A DNA stretch of 57,258 nucleotides, taken from NCBI RefSeq assembly GCF_022448665.1, contig NZ_JAKUUO010000003.1; one strand, given 5' to 3'. Within the stretch, counting starts at the first letter, position 1. Each line of letters begins with the position of its first letter. Source of the stretch: Candidatus Thalassarchaeum betae (GTDB lineage Archaea; Thermoplasmatota; Poseidoniia; Poseidoniales; Thalassarchaeaceae). The notes below the pieces were generated by a model. The model had not been told where the DNA came from. It saw nothing but the letters and a program-made list of their open reading frames with translations, and did no database searches. This document shows, piece after piece, positions 43,424 through 53,619 of the stretch. Both the position numbers and the translations under genes were made by a program.

Positions 43424-46400
43424 TCATTCTAATTCCGAGTTCCTCAGAGACACAGCCACAGCGGTGATTCCGAGAGTCATCAGCAAGCCCAACACAACCA
43501 ACACCAAGGTAGTCGCATTGTCACTTATCCAACTGCCCCCTCCCCCTCCGGAGTCAGTCTTCTCCAACTGCAGGGTATGACTCTGCAGGGAATCTGGAGT
43601 CATCGACTGGTAGGTATCTGTAGCGCGAATCTGGATAGTGATATTGCCCTCGGGCAGGCTTGAGCGGACATCGAACTGGATGGTGTACACACCGTCCCCG
43701 GAGAGTCTGTCGCCGCCGGTCCCGTCATCGGCCATAAGCAGCCACTTGTCGGAGCTCCCGATAGGAGCGAGTCTGCCGATTCTCGCTTGAGCGGAAGAGA
43801 CGCCGTCAGGATCCTCTATCGTCGCCTCCAGCGTGTGCGTGATCGTATCTCCGCTTTCAGGCACGTGAATCGCCTCGACCTGTTCGCCATCCCTCAACAC
43901 AGAGACGGAGTTGATCCAAGGAGCCTCGTTGACGATGGTTAGTAAGGGGGCGTCCTCTGGATATCCGTCTCGATGGACGTGTTCTGCCATGATGGATTCG
44001 CCCTCCCCGTCGGTGATTCGCACCGGGACTATTCGCTCTCCAGGAGCCATGCCGTATGGCACCGTGAACTGGCCGCTCCAAACGCCGTCGGACTCGGTCA
44101 GCGGGGTCAACTCGCCACCGGCGCTCAACAGGTCGATGCCGATGGACTCGATTCCGTGTCCGTCGACTGCAGTGATTCTCACTTCGACCGAATCGCCGCG
44201 CGGGACCGATTCGGGTGTGAAGACGAGTGACATCATCCTTGGAGCTGCGTTGGTCACCTCCAGTGCGGCTCCCTCCTCAACATAGACCCAAAAGTCCTGC
44301 ATGCCTACTGTGACATCCATCAGGCCGTACTCCAATCCATCGTATACAATGAGTGCAGTCCAGATGTCGTCGTGGATGGTATAATCGCCGAACAGACCGG
44401 AGTCCGACAGCTCGACGATTCCCAGGCCCATCCGAGTGAGATCGGCAGTGACTTCGGTGACATCGGTGTCGAAGTCGTCCACGACGACCTCGAGGTGCGC
44501 CGAATCGCCCTCAGTCAGTAGCCTGCCTTCACGGAAGCCGATGGATATCATCGCCGGGGGTGTGTTCTCCTCGGCGGTGATGACAGAGGGTGAGAGGACC
44601 CGGTCCACCATCTGATGCTCAACGAAGGCAAAGCCCTCGCCCATTGAGCCGTTCTCGCCCATCTGGATCTGCACCCAGCGGTGGATCTCGTTGAGTAGAC
44701 CTGCCAGCGGACCCTCGTTGACGACACTGCCCGAGGCGTGGCTGCTCTCGCTGTAGTCGCCCAGCCACTCAGCGACCTCGACTGTGTGGCCGTCCAACTC
44801 GACATCGGAGATGGTGGTGACCACGATGCTCAGTACCATTGCATCGTTTCCGACCAGTGAGAAGCGGTCACCGACGAGCACCATCTCGGGGGCTGCGCCC
44901 GTCTCCCTCGAGATGTGGTTCTCGAACATGACCTCGGACTCGGGAGCCTCGGCCTGCGTGATAATCGGCGAGACCTCGGGGTACTCGTTGTTCACCGTGC
45001 CGTTGTCCTCTATGTACTGGTAGCGGATGGTCCGGTTACCCCAGTCAGTCTGCGGGACCGTGAACTCGTAGGTCAGGTTGTGCTCTGCCTGCCACTCTTC
45101 GGTAATCGGCCCGATTGGGGTGGCCGAGACATTGAACCAGAACTCGTTCTCGATCTTGTCAGCCTCGAACAGAGTTCCAGTCGCGTTCTCCTGTGAGCCG
45201 GAGTCCACGATTCTCCTGATGAGTCCGAAGCTTCCCGCGGCATCGCCGTCGTAGGTGCCGTCGACTCGGATCGTCTCCGCTACGGTCTCGCCGCCCTGGC
45301 TCTCGAAGTGTATCACCGGGATGGTGCCCTCTACATCGACCTGAAAGAACTCGTCCCTAATCTCAAAGCTGAATTCACCGCCTCCCAGTATCAGGAAGTG
45401 TTGCTCCTCCCGGATGCCGTCCTCCCAGCGCTCGAGGATCCTGAACTCATCGAGGTCGAAGGAGAAGTAGTCTCTGTCTGCCCCATTGAGGCGGAGCGTG
45501 GCGTTGGCCTCGATCTGGAGGTGCTGAAGGCGCCTGCGGTCGTCCTCGTCCCAAGTCTCGAAGTAGAAAGTCGACAACTGACCGAACCCCCCGCCGCTGC
45601 TGTTGTTGTCGCCTCCGTTGAATGACAGCCACCCTGTGCCGTCTATCCTGAACCTCTCGGTCAGTTCGCCCCCAGTCCAAGAGCGCAGGACGTAGACATC
45701 GTTGACTTGGACCTCGACAGTGAAGCCGTTGCTCTCGCCCTCCTCGCCCTCCTCGGTGGTGCTGAGATAGAGGGAGCCGTTGCCGCTCATCTCGAAGTCC
45801 TGCTGGAGAAGCACGTTGCCGTCGTAGGTCTCGTTGAGCCATATCCTGTCGAGTTTGAGTTCTAGTTGCAGGCCTTCGGAGCCGTTCGTGGCATCGAGGG
45901 TCAGGGTGCCGTTGCCGAGCTCGTTTGACTCGAGAATGCTGCCAGTCCTCTTCTGCCAGCCTCGTCCCTCGAACTCGATTCCCTGGTCCTCCTCCGCACC
46001 TTCCATCGACCATGTGGTCTCACGGGTTATCTCGTGGTCGGCGATGGGCTGATTCCAGTTGGTGATGCCGAGAGTCCGCGAACAGGATGCTTCGCCGGTC
46101 TCGACCGAGATTGAGACACGATCCTCGAACTCCGGCTCGGAGTCGATGATGATGTCGACCTCGCCGCCTGCGCTCACCACCGTCGCGTTTGAGATGGTGG
46201 CGATGACCTCGCCATCACGGATATGCTGGACGTCTACGGTGAGAGCACTGGGCGAGCTGCCGTTGGTGAACGGGGGGTCGAAGACGACCAGATAGCGGTG
46301 CAGGACGTCGTAGGTCAGGTTCCAGCCGCCGTCCCAGTGTTCCTCTACGTCCCAATCGACCAATACGGTGCAAGTAGTGGGGGCGCCGTCGTCAGTTGCG

Positions 46401-46471
46401 GTGACCATGGCTGCAGGCCCGCTGAGAAGCAGGATAGCAAGCACTGCTAGGGCGGTGTTCTCGCGAGGCAC
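43424..46471 (-). CDS. large secreted, C-terminally anchored surface (S-layer/adhesin-like) glycoprotein candidate
   Basis: 1015 aa. N-terminal signal-like LAVLAILLLSGPAAMV. C-terminal SGGGGGS linker plus TM LVLVVLGLLMTLGITAVAVSL. Acidic. At least 17 N-x-S/T sequons counted by eye. Confidence 0.7.
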   Translation of the reverse strand: MPRENTALAVLAILLLSGPAAMVTATDDGAPTTCTVLVDWDVEEHWDGGWNLTYDVLHRYLVVFDPPFTNGSSPSALTVDVQHIRDGEVIATISNATVVSAGGEVDIIIDSEPEFEDRVSISVETGEASCSRTLGITNWNQPIADHEITRETTWSMEGAEEDQGIEFEGRGWQKRTGSILESNELGNGTLTLDATNGSEGLQLELKLDRIWLNETYDGNVLLQQDFEMSGNGSLYLSTTEEGEEGESNGFTVEVQVNDVYVLRSWTGGELTERFRIDGTGWLSFNGGDNNSSGGGFGQLSTFYFETWDEDDRRRLQHLQIEANATLRLNGADRDYFSFDLDEFRILERWEDGIREEQHFLILGGGEFSFEIRDEFFQVDVEGTIPVIHFESQGGETVAETIRVDGTYDGDAAGSFGLIRRIVDSGSQENATGTLFEADKIENEFWFNVSATPIGPITEEWQAEHNLTYEFTVPQTDWGNRTIRYQYIEDNGTVNNEYPEVSPIITQAEAPESEVMFENHISRETGAAPEMVLVGDRFSLVGNDAMVLSIVVTTISDVELDGHTVEVAEWLGDYSESSHASGSVVNEGPLAGLLNEIHRWVQIQMGENGSMGEGFAFVEHQMVDRVLSPSVITAEENTPPAMISIGFREGRLLTEGDSAHLEVVVDDFDTDVTEVTADLTRMGLGIVELSDSGLFGDYTIHDDIWTALIVYDGLEYGLMDVTVGMQDFWVYVEEGAALEVTNAAPRMMSLVFTPESVPRGDSVEVRITAVDGHGIESIGIDLLSAGGELTPLTESDGVWSGQFTVPYGMAPGERIVPVRITDGEGESIMAEHVHRDGYPEDAPLLTIVNEAPWINSVSVLRDGEQVEAIHVPESGDTITHTLEATIEDPDGVSSAQARIGRLAPIGSSDKWLLMADDGTGGDRLSGDGVYTIQFDVRSSLPEGNITIQIRATDTYQSMTPDSLQSHTLQLEKTDSGGGGGSWISDNATTLVLVVLGLLMTLGITAVAVSLRNSELE

Positions 46472-46519
46472 GGCATGTGCCTAGTCCCGGGAGATATGAA
46501 TCAATGGGGACGTTGCTAC

Positions 46520-46933
46520 TCAGAATAGGGGCTCTTCGTAGTCGTCATCCTCGCCGGAGCGTTCGCGCCACAGCGAGACCGGGACGTCCTCGTAGATGCC
46601 GGCGTACGGATCCTCCTCCTCCTCGGACTTGTCTTCCACGGCGGACAGGCGGGCCAGCTCCTCTGCGTTGGCCTTGAACTTCCAGTAGTGGATCCTCCAC
46701 TCTCGGCCATCCCAAAGAGTGGTCTCCTCGGACTCGGTGGTGAGCAGGTCATAGTCCTGCAGCTGGTAGAACAGGTTGCGGTCGGTGGGCTCGAGGGCAT
46801 TGTCTATGATACGGTTCGAGAAGCCGAAGAAGCCGAGTGCGTGCTCGGCGATCGACTCGGCCACGACGGTCTCCATGTCGATGTCGACTTTGTGCCGGAT
46901 GGCCTGTGTGAGTTGTGCTAACGTCAAGCCCAT
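46520..46933 (-). CDS. hypothetical acidic protein (137 aa)
   Basis: Clean ORF immediately upstream of the surface protein gene on the same strand. Acidic tail. No family recognised. Confidence 0.5.
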   Translation of the reverse strand: MGLTLAQLTQAIRHKVDIDMETVVAESIAEHALGFFGFSNRIIDNALEPTDRNLFYQLQDYDLLTTESEETTLWDGREWRIHYWKFKANAEELARLSAVEDKSEEEEDPYAGIYEDVPVSLWRERSGEDDDYEEPLF

Positions 46934-47055
46934 CGCGTCTCCCTCCAGTGATGTAATATGGAAGGCCGCGCTATTTCAACCGTCTCTCGCTCAGCCTCGA
47001 TTTTCGCCGTTCTTCGCTCCGAAGTGGTTAATCTGTCTCCTACTTTCGCGAAGCC

Positions 47056-47991
47056 ATGGAAGACTCGGAAAGACCTCGTTTCCTAGGTCTGGAGGAGTCT
47101 GAATCAGGACCATGGGATGCAGTGGTTCTACCAGTGCCCTTCGAGATGACGACGAGCTGGGGCGAAGGCACTGAGCATGGACCTGCAGCGTGCATCGAAG
47201 CCAGCTCCCAAGTCGAACTGTACGACCCCCTACTGCCGGATGAGTTGCCCTGCGGACTTGGCATCCACACCGCCGATGCCTGGAGCTCCAAGGCCCCCAC
47301 TCTCAGAGCTCAGTTGGATTCCATCCGGGACTATGCCACCAAATGGCTCGACGGCGAGCAGTTTCCAATCATCCTCGGCGGCGAGCACGGCATCCTGCCG
47401 CCGCTTATGGAGGCGGCCTCAGACCATCCTGATCTGGGCGGCGACCTCGGGCTGCTGACCCTTGTTCAGGTCGATGCTCACGCCGACCTGCGCGACGAGT
47501 TGAACGGAGAGCGCTTCTCGCATGGCACGGCGGTGCGCCGCGCGCTCGATGCGGGAGTCGGACGGGTCATTCAGATTGGCACCCGGGCGCTGTCACGAGG
47601 AGAAGCTGCCTTCGCTGCAGCGGACGGTCGAGTCGAGACCTGGTTCGCACGCGACTTCATGGGGGTGTGCGACGGACAGGCTGGCTGGGCCAGGCTGACC
47701 GAGCGCATCGCTCAGTTAGAGGGGGCCGTTTGGCTCACCTTCGATGTCGACGGATTGGACGGAGCATTGGTCCCCGCCACTGGCACTCCGGTCCCCGGTG
47801 GTCTTTCTCACTGGGCCGCAGTGGACCTCATCGAAGGGCTCTTCGCAGCCCCCAAAAGCACAGTAATAGGCGCTGACGTCAACGAGATAGCCCCGGGTAA
47901 GGACGACTCGCTCACACAGTTCAACGCGGCGCTGATTGCGACCAAGATACTTGCCTGCCACACCCTGTCACGCCTTAATCAGAAGGATTGA
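47056..47991 (+). CDS. speB: agmatinase / arginase-family ureohydrolase
   Basis: Mn-binding motifs GGEHGI, VDAHADL, FDVDGLD. Confidence 0.85.
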   Translation: MEDSERPRFLGLEESESGPWDAVVLPVPFEMTTSWGEGTEHGPAACIEASSQVELYDPLLPDELPCGLGIHTADAWSSKAPTLRAQLDSIRDYATKWLDGEQFPIILGGEHGILPPLMEAASDHPDLGGDLGLLTLVQVDAHADLRDELNGERFSHGTAVRRALDAGVGRVIQIGTRALSRGEAAFAAADGRVETWFARDFMGVCDGQAGWARLTERIAQLEGAVWLTFDVDGLDGALVPATGTPVPGGLSHWAAVDLIEGLFAAPKSTVIGADVNEIAPGKDDSLTQFNAALIATKILACHTLSRLNQKD

Positions 47992-48016
47992 ACGGGCTCC
48001 GCCCGCTCCGATTGCC

Positions 48017-49357
48017 ATGCAGCGTGCTGCGGCGCTGGCGCTGGTCGCCCTCATTGTCGCTGGAGGTGCTGCTCCCGTCGCCAGCGCTCAGCAGCCAGAC
48101 CTCACTCAGGAGCACTGGTACCACAGCTACGCCACTCTGACCCTCGATGTGCAGGCATGGGAGGATGACTACCCTGAGGTGGTCCGCTTGGTCAGTGCGG
48201 GGACGACCCTGTATGGAAGACAGCAGTGGGTGCTGCAGATCTCCGACTGGTCGGTCGAGAACAAGAGCGATGGTTCGCCCAAGGAGAAGGTGTACATCGA
48301 CGGCGGGCACCACGGCAACGAGCACCTCGGGACCGAACTCGCATTCCTGACCGCAGAGTTCTACATCGAAGGCTGGGGAAACGGCGATACCGAGGTCATC
48401 GAGGTACTGCAGAGCACCGAGATCCACATCATGGTGCTGCTCAACGCTGATGGCAATGACGCCGACACACGATGGAACATGAACCAAGTGGACCTGAACC
48501 GCAACTACGACCACCACTGGACTACCGACGAGACTGCGAGTGGGGATGGGCCGTTCAGCGAGCCGGAGACCAGCAACAACGCCGACTACATGCACGAGTG
48601 GGTGACCGAGGCAGACCTCTACGTCACCATGCACACAGGCACGTGGATTCTCGCATATCCATGGGGCTTCACCCCCAACATGCCCTCGGACTGGGAGCTC
48701 TTCGAGTTCATCCGCGACGACATCCACGAGAAAATCGACGGCGACTTGCCGATCCGCAACGCCAACGCCGGCATCTACCCAACTCACGGCACCAGCCGCG
48801 ACTACGGCTACGGAGTGATGGGCTACCCCTGCTTCACCTTCGAGACCGACGACGAGCAGTTCCTGCTTGGCAGCGTCCAATCTGTCAGCGACCGCCTAGA
48901 GCTCGAACTCGAGGTCATGCGCTACCTGATCTCGAACGTCTGGTACTGGCGGGCTAGGCTGAGCGTAGACTCCCTAGAGGTCTCAGACGACCATGTCGAC
49001 CTGAGCGTTTCCAACATAGGGCGAGCCAGCACGGCCAACGCCACTGTGCACTACATGAACGAGATGGGCGAGGTGCTGTGGCACTCGGACAACTTCAGCG
49101 TCAATGCGAGCAACCACACCGATACGAGGCTGGATGCGAGCGGGCTGAGTGTGGTTGCTGGCGGCCACTTCGAACTTCACTACCAGAAGCGTGTGATTGA
49201 TGCCGCCCTGTGGGTCAACGAGCCGGTAAACGAGAGCGTTGTTGGCGTTGTGAGCGATGACTCGTGGAACTTGCTCCCAGCACCTTCGCTGCTGCTGAGC
49301 ATGGTCGCAATTGCTCTCGCAGCGATAAATAGGGAAAACCGCAGGTTTGAGCAATAA
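48017..49357 (+). CDS. secreted M14 zinc carboxypeptidase with C-terminal domain and TM anchor
   Basis: Signal-like MQRAAALALVALIVAGGAAPVASA, GGHHGNEH zinc motif, DLNRNY, and a C-terminal hydrophobic helix. ATG 48017 preferred within ORF 47936..49357. Confidence 0.8.
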   Translation: MQRAAALALVALIVAGGAAPVASAQQPDLTQEHWYHSYATLTLDVQAWEDDYPEVVRLVSAGTTLYGRQQWVLQISDWSVENKSDGSPKEKVYIDGGHHGNEHLGTELAFLTAEFYIEGWGNGDTEVIEVLQSTEIHIMVLLNADGNDADTRWNMNQVDLNRNYDHHWTTDETASGDGPFSEPETSNNADYMHEWVTEADLYVTMHTGTWILAYPWGFTPNMPSDWELFEFIRDDIHEKIDGDLPIRNANAGIYPTHGTSRDYGYGVMGYPCFTFETDDEQFLLGSVQSVSDRLELELEVMRYLISNVWYWRARLSVDSLEVSDDHVDLSVSNIGRASTANATVHYMNEMGEVLWHSDNFSVNASNHTDTRLDASGLSVVAGGHFELHYQKRVIDAALWVNEPVNESVVGVVSDDSWNLLPAPSLLLSMVAIALAAINRENRRFEQ

Positions 49358-49376
49358 TTCAGATTGTTTTCACAAC

Positions 49377-49401
49377 AAAACGATGTTAGAACGTCGTTTT
49401 T
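49377..49401 (+). terminator. hairpin plus T5 run after the carboxypeptidase gene
   Basis: AAAACGA...TCGTTTT stem ending in TTTTT at 49397..49401, about 20 nt after the stop codon. Confidence 0.35.
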
Positions 49402-49452
49402 ACAATGCAATTCTTTGTATATCACTACCGAATCGGCGAGTTCGGCGATATC

Positions 49453-50976
49453 ATGGAATGGAAGAACAGCGAATTCGGAGAAATAGGGGATCAACTGGTG
49501 CTACCGCTCTTCGAGGGTGTTGAGAAGCCCCCAAATAACTCCCTCTCAGGACTGAACAGGAGCCAGCGGACCCTCGTAAGGGAAGCGATAGCCTCGGATG
49601 ACTTCGAAGGGAAAAAGGGGCAACGGATGGCTGTCTGGAACCCTGACTGCAGAGTGCTTCTGGTTGGCATGGGCGAGAAGGGCGAGTTCGGGCATGGGAA
49701 GGCCAGGAACATCGGTGCGCGGGTGATGGGGGCCCTCTCCAAGAAGAAGGGGCTCTCGGTCACTGTCCGGTTCACATCTGGATGGTCGAGCGAGCGCATG
49801 GTCGACTTCGCTGAGGGCATGATGCTGCGCGACTACGAGTTCCTCGAGCACCAGAAGGTCGACGATGAGCACATCGCCGAGCCTTGGAGCGTCGACTTTC
49901 AGGCGAGTGCGCGCCATCAGGAGGCACTCACAGAGGACCTCGGACGGGTTCACTCGGTGGTTGGAGGGGTGCATCTCGCGCGCGACCTCGGAAACGAGCC
50001 GGCCAACGTGCTGTATCCCATGGAGTACGCACGCAGGGCGGTCGAATGGGCTGAGGGCAAGGACAACGTGGTGGTCGAAGTATACGACTGGGACAGGTTG
50101 CAGGAGCTCGGCATGGGCGGCCTGATCAACGTCGGCAAGGGCAGCGACAGGAAGCCCTGCATGGTCCTTTTCACCCTCAATCCAGACGCCGACGGGGGCG
50201 TACAGCGACCTTGCATCGTCGGTAAGGGCATCACCTTCGATACAGGTGGAATCTCGATCAAACCGTCCAAGGGCATGTGGGACATGAAGTACGACATGTG
50301 CGGGGCCGCGACAGTCTTCGGGCTCATGGAAGCCCTGCACGCAACCGGTTACGAACGTCGGGTGAATGGAATAACCTGCATAGCCGAGAACATGCCTGGA
50401 GCCGGCGCCTATCGGCCAGGTGATGTCTTCGAGACCTACTCTGGCAAGACCATCGAGGTGTTCAGCACTGATGCCGAGGGCCGCAATGTCCTCGCCGATG
50501 GGCTGTGGAAGGCCGGCGAACTCGACCCCGAGTACATCGTCGACCTCGCCACGCTGACCGGTGCCATCGTGGTCGCACTTGGCAACCAGATCACTGGGAT
50601 GTGGGCCAATGACGAGGACATCGGCAAGCGAGTCCGGAAGGCTGCTAACAGATCCGGCGAAGCGGTATGGCGCATGCCGCTGAACGCCCAGTTCCGCAAG
50701 TACATGACTGACTCGGCATTCGCCGACATCCGGAACGGCTCGATCGGCGGGGGCGCGGGCTCATCGAACACCGCGGCCTCGTTCCTCGAGTTCTTCGTGC
50801 CGCACCGTGGCTACGACGAGGATGCGGACAAGATTCCATGGGTGCACCTTGACATTGCTGGAACCGCATGGGGCCCCGGCTCGAAGGCCCGCTCCGAGGG
50901 CGCTAACCCCCTGTTCCAGTTCGGTGTATCGGGAGTCCACGTTCGGACTCTTCACAGGCTGGTCACCGAAGGTTGA
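49453..50976 (+). CDS. pepA: leucyl aminopeptidase (M17, PepA)
   Basis: VGKGITFDTGGISIKP and STDAEGRNVLAD (NTDAEGR-type signature). ATG 49453 preferred within ORF 49405..50976. Confidence 0.9.
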   Translation: MEWKNSEFGEIGDQLVLPLFEGVEKPPNNSLSGLNRSQRTLVREAIASDDFEGKKGQRMAVWNPDCRVLLVGMGEKGEFGHGKARNIGARVMGALSKKKGLSVTVRFTSGWSSERMVDFAEGMMLRDYEFLEHQKVDDEHIAEPWSVDFQASARHQEALTEDLGRVHSVVGGVHLARDLGNEPANVLYPMEYARRAVEWAEGKDNVVVEVYDWDRLQELGMGGLINVGKGSDRKPCMVLFTLNPDADGGVQRPCIVGKGITFDTGGISIKPSKGMWDMKYDMCGAATVFGLMEALHATGYERRVNGITCIAENMPGAGAYRPGDVFETYSGKTIEVFSTDAEGRNVLADGLWKAGELDPEYIVDLATLTGAIVVALGNQITGMWANDEDIGKRVRKAANRSGEAVWRMPLNAQFRKYMTDSAFADIRNGSIGGGAGSSNTAASFLEFFVPHRGYDEDADKIPWVHLDIAGTAWGPGSKARSEGANPLFQFGVSGVHVRTLHRLVTEG

Positions 50977-52854
50977 TCACTCGTCATCGTCTGAATCTAC
51001 GACCTCGAAGTCGGCCTCGACGACATCTTCGTCGCCGTCATCAGCCTGTTGTTCGGCCATCTCGGCGGCGGCCGCCTCGTACAGTTTGGTCGAGACGCCG
51101 TGCATCTCCTGCTCGACTTCACTGATCTTGGTCTGGACAGCGGCCTCATCGAGGTCCTCGACCTCGATGGTGGTCTCCCCATCCTCCTTAGTGATCAGCA
51201 CCCTCAACTCGTCGAGCTTGGTGTGGACCGGGTCTGTGTCGAGGTCGCCGAGCTTCTCACCGGCGTCATCTAGCATGCGCTTGGTCTGGTAGACGATGCT
51301 GTCGGCGGAGTTGATGAGGTCGATTCCCGCCCTCCGTAGCTTGTCCTCCTTGGCGAACTTCTCCGCATCGGTGACCTTCTGCTTGATCTCGTCCTCAGAG
51401 AGGGAGGTCTGGCTCTCGATCTTGATCGACTGCTCGGTGCCTGTTCCCAGGTCCTTGGCGGAGACGTCCACTATGCCATTGGCATCGATGTCGAAAGTGA
51501 CCTCGATCTGCGGGATTCCGCGTGGCGCTGGAGGGATTCCCATCAGGTGGAATCGCCCGAGCGTGGTGTTGTCCTTTGCGAACTCGCGCTCGCCCTGAAG
51601 GACGTGGACCTCTACAGCCGGCTGGTTGTCGGCGGCTGTCGAGAAGTTCTCGGAGCGACGAGTCGGGATCGTCGTGTTGCGCTCGATCATGGTCGTCATT
51701 ACGCCGCCGAGAGTCTCAATTCCGAGAGTCAGTGGCGTCACATCCAGCAGGAGTACGTCGGTAACGCCCTCGTCCCCGACGATGATGCCGGCCTGCAGGG
51801 CCGCGCCGACGGCGACGGCCTCATCGGGGTTGATTCCCCTGAAGGGGGCCTTGCCGACCTCCTCTTCAATCGCCTTCTGAACGGCTGGGACTCGGGTGGA
51901 GCCGCCGACGAGGAGGATCTTGTCGATGCTTCCCTTCTTGACTCCTGAGTCCTTGATTGCCTGGCGGGTCGGCCCCATGGTACGGGCTACGAAATCGCTG
52001 ATCAGATCCTCGAGCTTGGCTCGAGAGAGGGTCAGATCGAGGTGCTCCGGCTGGCCGTCGCTCATGGTGATGAATGGGAGGTTGACCTGAGTCGAGGTAG
52101 TCCCCGAAAGCTCAGTCTTGGCCTTCTCGGCAGCCTCTCGCAGTCGGCTCATGGCCTGGAGGTCCTTGGATAGGTCGATGCCTGATGACTTCTTGAACTC
52201 GGCAACGATCCAAACGACGACGGCATCGTCGAAGTCGTCACCACCGAGGCGGTTGTCGCCGCTGGTGGCCTTGACCTCGATCTGAGGCTGGCCGTCGACC
52301 TGATAAATCTCGAGAACCGAGACATCGAAGGTCCCGCCGCCGAGGTCGAACACCAAGATGGTCTGGTCCTCTTCCTTGTCGACACCGTACGCCAGCGCGG
52401 CTGCGGTGGGCTCATTGATGATGCGGAGCACCTCGAGTCCAGCTATCCTGCCAGCGTCCTGAGTCGCTTTCCTCTGAGCGTCGGTGAAATAGGCGGGACA
52501 GGTGATGACGGCTTGCTTGACTTCCCTTCCGAGGTATTCCTCGGCGTCGGACTTGAGCTTCTGCAGAATGAAAGCGGAGATCTCCTGAGGCGTGTAGGTG
52601 TCGCCATCGATCTCCTTGCTCCAGTCAGTTCCCATCTCTCGCTTGACCGAGAGGATGGTCCTCTCGGAGTTGGTCACAGCCTGGCGCTTGGCCGTCACTC
52701 CGACCAATCTCTCACCGTCCTTGGCGAAGGCCACCACGCTCGGAGTCGTTCTTGAGCCCTCGGAGTTCGGTATCACCACCGCCTGTCCACCCTCGAGCGT
52801 TGCGACACAACTGTTTGTAGTTCCCAAATCGATTCCTATTACCGGTCCACTCAT
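50977..52854 (-). CDS. dnaK: Hsp70 chaperone DnaK
   Basis: [34 protein letters not shown]. 625 aa. GGAGG Shine-Dalgarno upstream. Confidence 0.97.
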   Translation of the reverse strand: MSGPVIGIDLGTTNSCVATLEGGQAVVIPNSEGSRTTPSVVAFAKDGERLVGVTAKRQAVTNSERTILSVKREMGTDWSKEIDGDTYTPQEISAFILQKLKSDAEEYLGREVKQAVITCPAYFTDAQRKATQDAGRIAGLEVLRIINEPTAAALAYGVDKEEDQTILVFDLGGGTFDVSVLEIYQVDGQPQIEVKATSGDNRLGGDDFDDAVVVWIVAEFKKSSGIDLSKDLQAMSRLREAAEKAKTELSGTTSTQVNLPFITMSDGQPEHLDLTLSRAKLEDLISDFVARTMGPTRQAIKDSGVKKGSIDKILLVGGSTRVPAVQKAIEEEVGKAPFRGINPDEAVAVGAALQAGIIVGDEGVTDVLLLDVTPLTLGIETLGGVMTTMIERNTTIPTRRSENFSTAADNQPAVEVHVLQGEREFAKDNTTLGRFHLMGIPPAPRGIPQIEVTFDIDANGIVDVSAKDLGTGTEQSIKIESQTSLSEDEIKQKVTDAEKFAKEDKLRRAGIDLINSADSIVYQTKRMLDDAGEKLGDLDTDPVHTKLDELRVLITKEDGETTIEVEDLDEAAVQTKISEVEQEMHGVSTKLYEAAAAEMAEQQADDGDEDVVEADFEVVDSDDDE

Positions 52855-52886
52855 TCCTATTCCTCCAATTGCTCTCGTTCAGTGCC

Positions 52887-53483
52887 TCAGACCAAATCGA
52901 GTTTGATGTCGAGGATGCCGTTGTTGAGTTCCCACTCAACTATCTGTCCAGCAGCCTCTGGCAGTATGAAGCGCTTGAAGGGGTGCGGCTGGGTCTTTTT
53001 CATCAACTGGAGGACCTCGCCGCCGCTGCTGAGGACGAGTTCCACGTCCTCTGGCCTGATGTCGAGGAACCTCGAGATGTCGATGGTGACCGACATCCTC
53101 CCGTCATGAACGTAGATATCCTCCTCAGGCAAGTCCGAGACATCCGACTCCTCGGTCTCTTCTGCCTCGGCCTCGGCTTCGCCAGGACCGTTGACCTGTA
53201 TGTTGACTCCCATGTTCTTCAGCAACTCGGAAATCCCATCGGGGCCGTTGAGCATTGACTCCATGATTCGGCGGAACTCCTCGGGTTCGGTGTTAGTGTC
53301 GACCTTGATCTGAGAATGTGACAGTTTCGTGGGGTCGATGCCCATCTGCTCGAACTGCTCGCGAATCTGGTTCATCATCGCCTCGAGCGCCTTGATGTCG
53401 ATTGACATGCCCATCTGCTCGAACATCCTAGCCATCTCTGCGAACATGTCGTCAGCCCACTCATCACGCTCGCTTCCAGTCAT
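52887..53483 (-). CDS. Hsp20/alpha-crystallin-domain-like protein with Met/Glu-rich N-terminal region
   Basis: The C-terminal ~80 aa (DIYVHDGRMSVTIDISRFLDIRPEDVELVLSSGGEVLQLM...FKRFILPEAAGQIVEWELNNGILDIKL) follows the ACD pattern. 32 nt upstream of dnaK on the same strand. Confidence 0.55.
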   Translation of the reverse strand: MTGSERDEWADDMFAEMARMFEQMGMSIDIKALEAMMNQIREQFEQMGIDPTKLSHSQIKVDTNTEPEEFRRIMESMLNGPDGISELLKNMGVNIQVNGPGEAEAEAEETEESDVSDLPEEDIYVHDGRMSVTIDISRFLDIRPEDVELVLSSGGEVLQLMKKTQPHPFKRFILPEAAGQIVEWELNNGILDIKLDLV

Positions 53484-53619
53484 CTGATATCACTACTCAA
53501 CCCGAGGTTGTATAGTGCGATAGTGCTGTCGTATATGAACCGCACGGTCGCGCACGCACGAGCGAGATGCCGCGCTCAACGGTCGAGTTCAAAGCAAGGC
53601 TGTGGTTCGGCGATTCGCT

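Noticed and set aside
47975-48880. 301-aa minus-strand ORF, and similar cases at 53589..54380, 49546..50340, 10302..11123, 12781..13368 and 56327..56884
   Set aside because: Each is antisense to a gene with clear family motifs (M14 peptidase, thermosome, PepA, AccC, MBL hydrolase, PyrG) and has low-complexity, unprotein-like composition.
52887-53483. Calling the gene upstream of dnaK grpE on positional grounds
   Set aside because: The sequence lacks GrpE-like features, and its C-terminus fits an Hsp20/ACD pattern instead.
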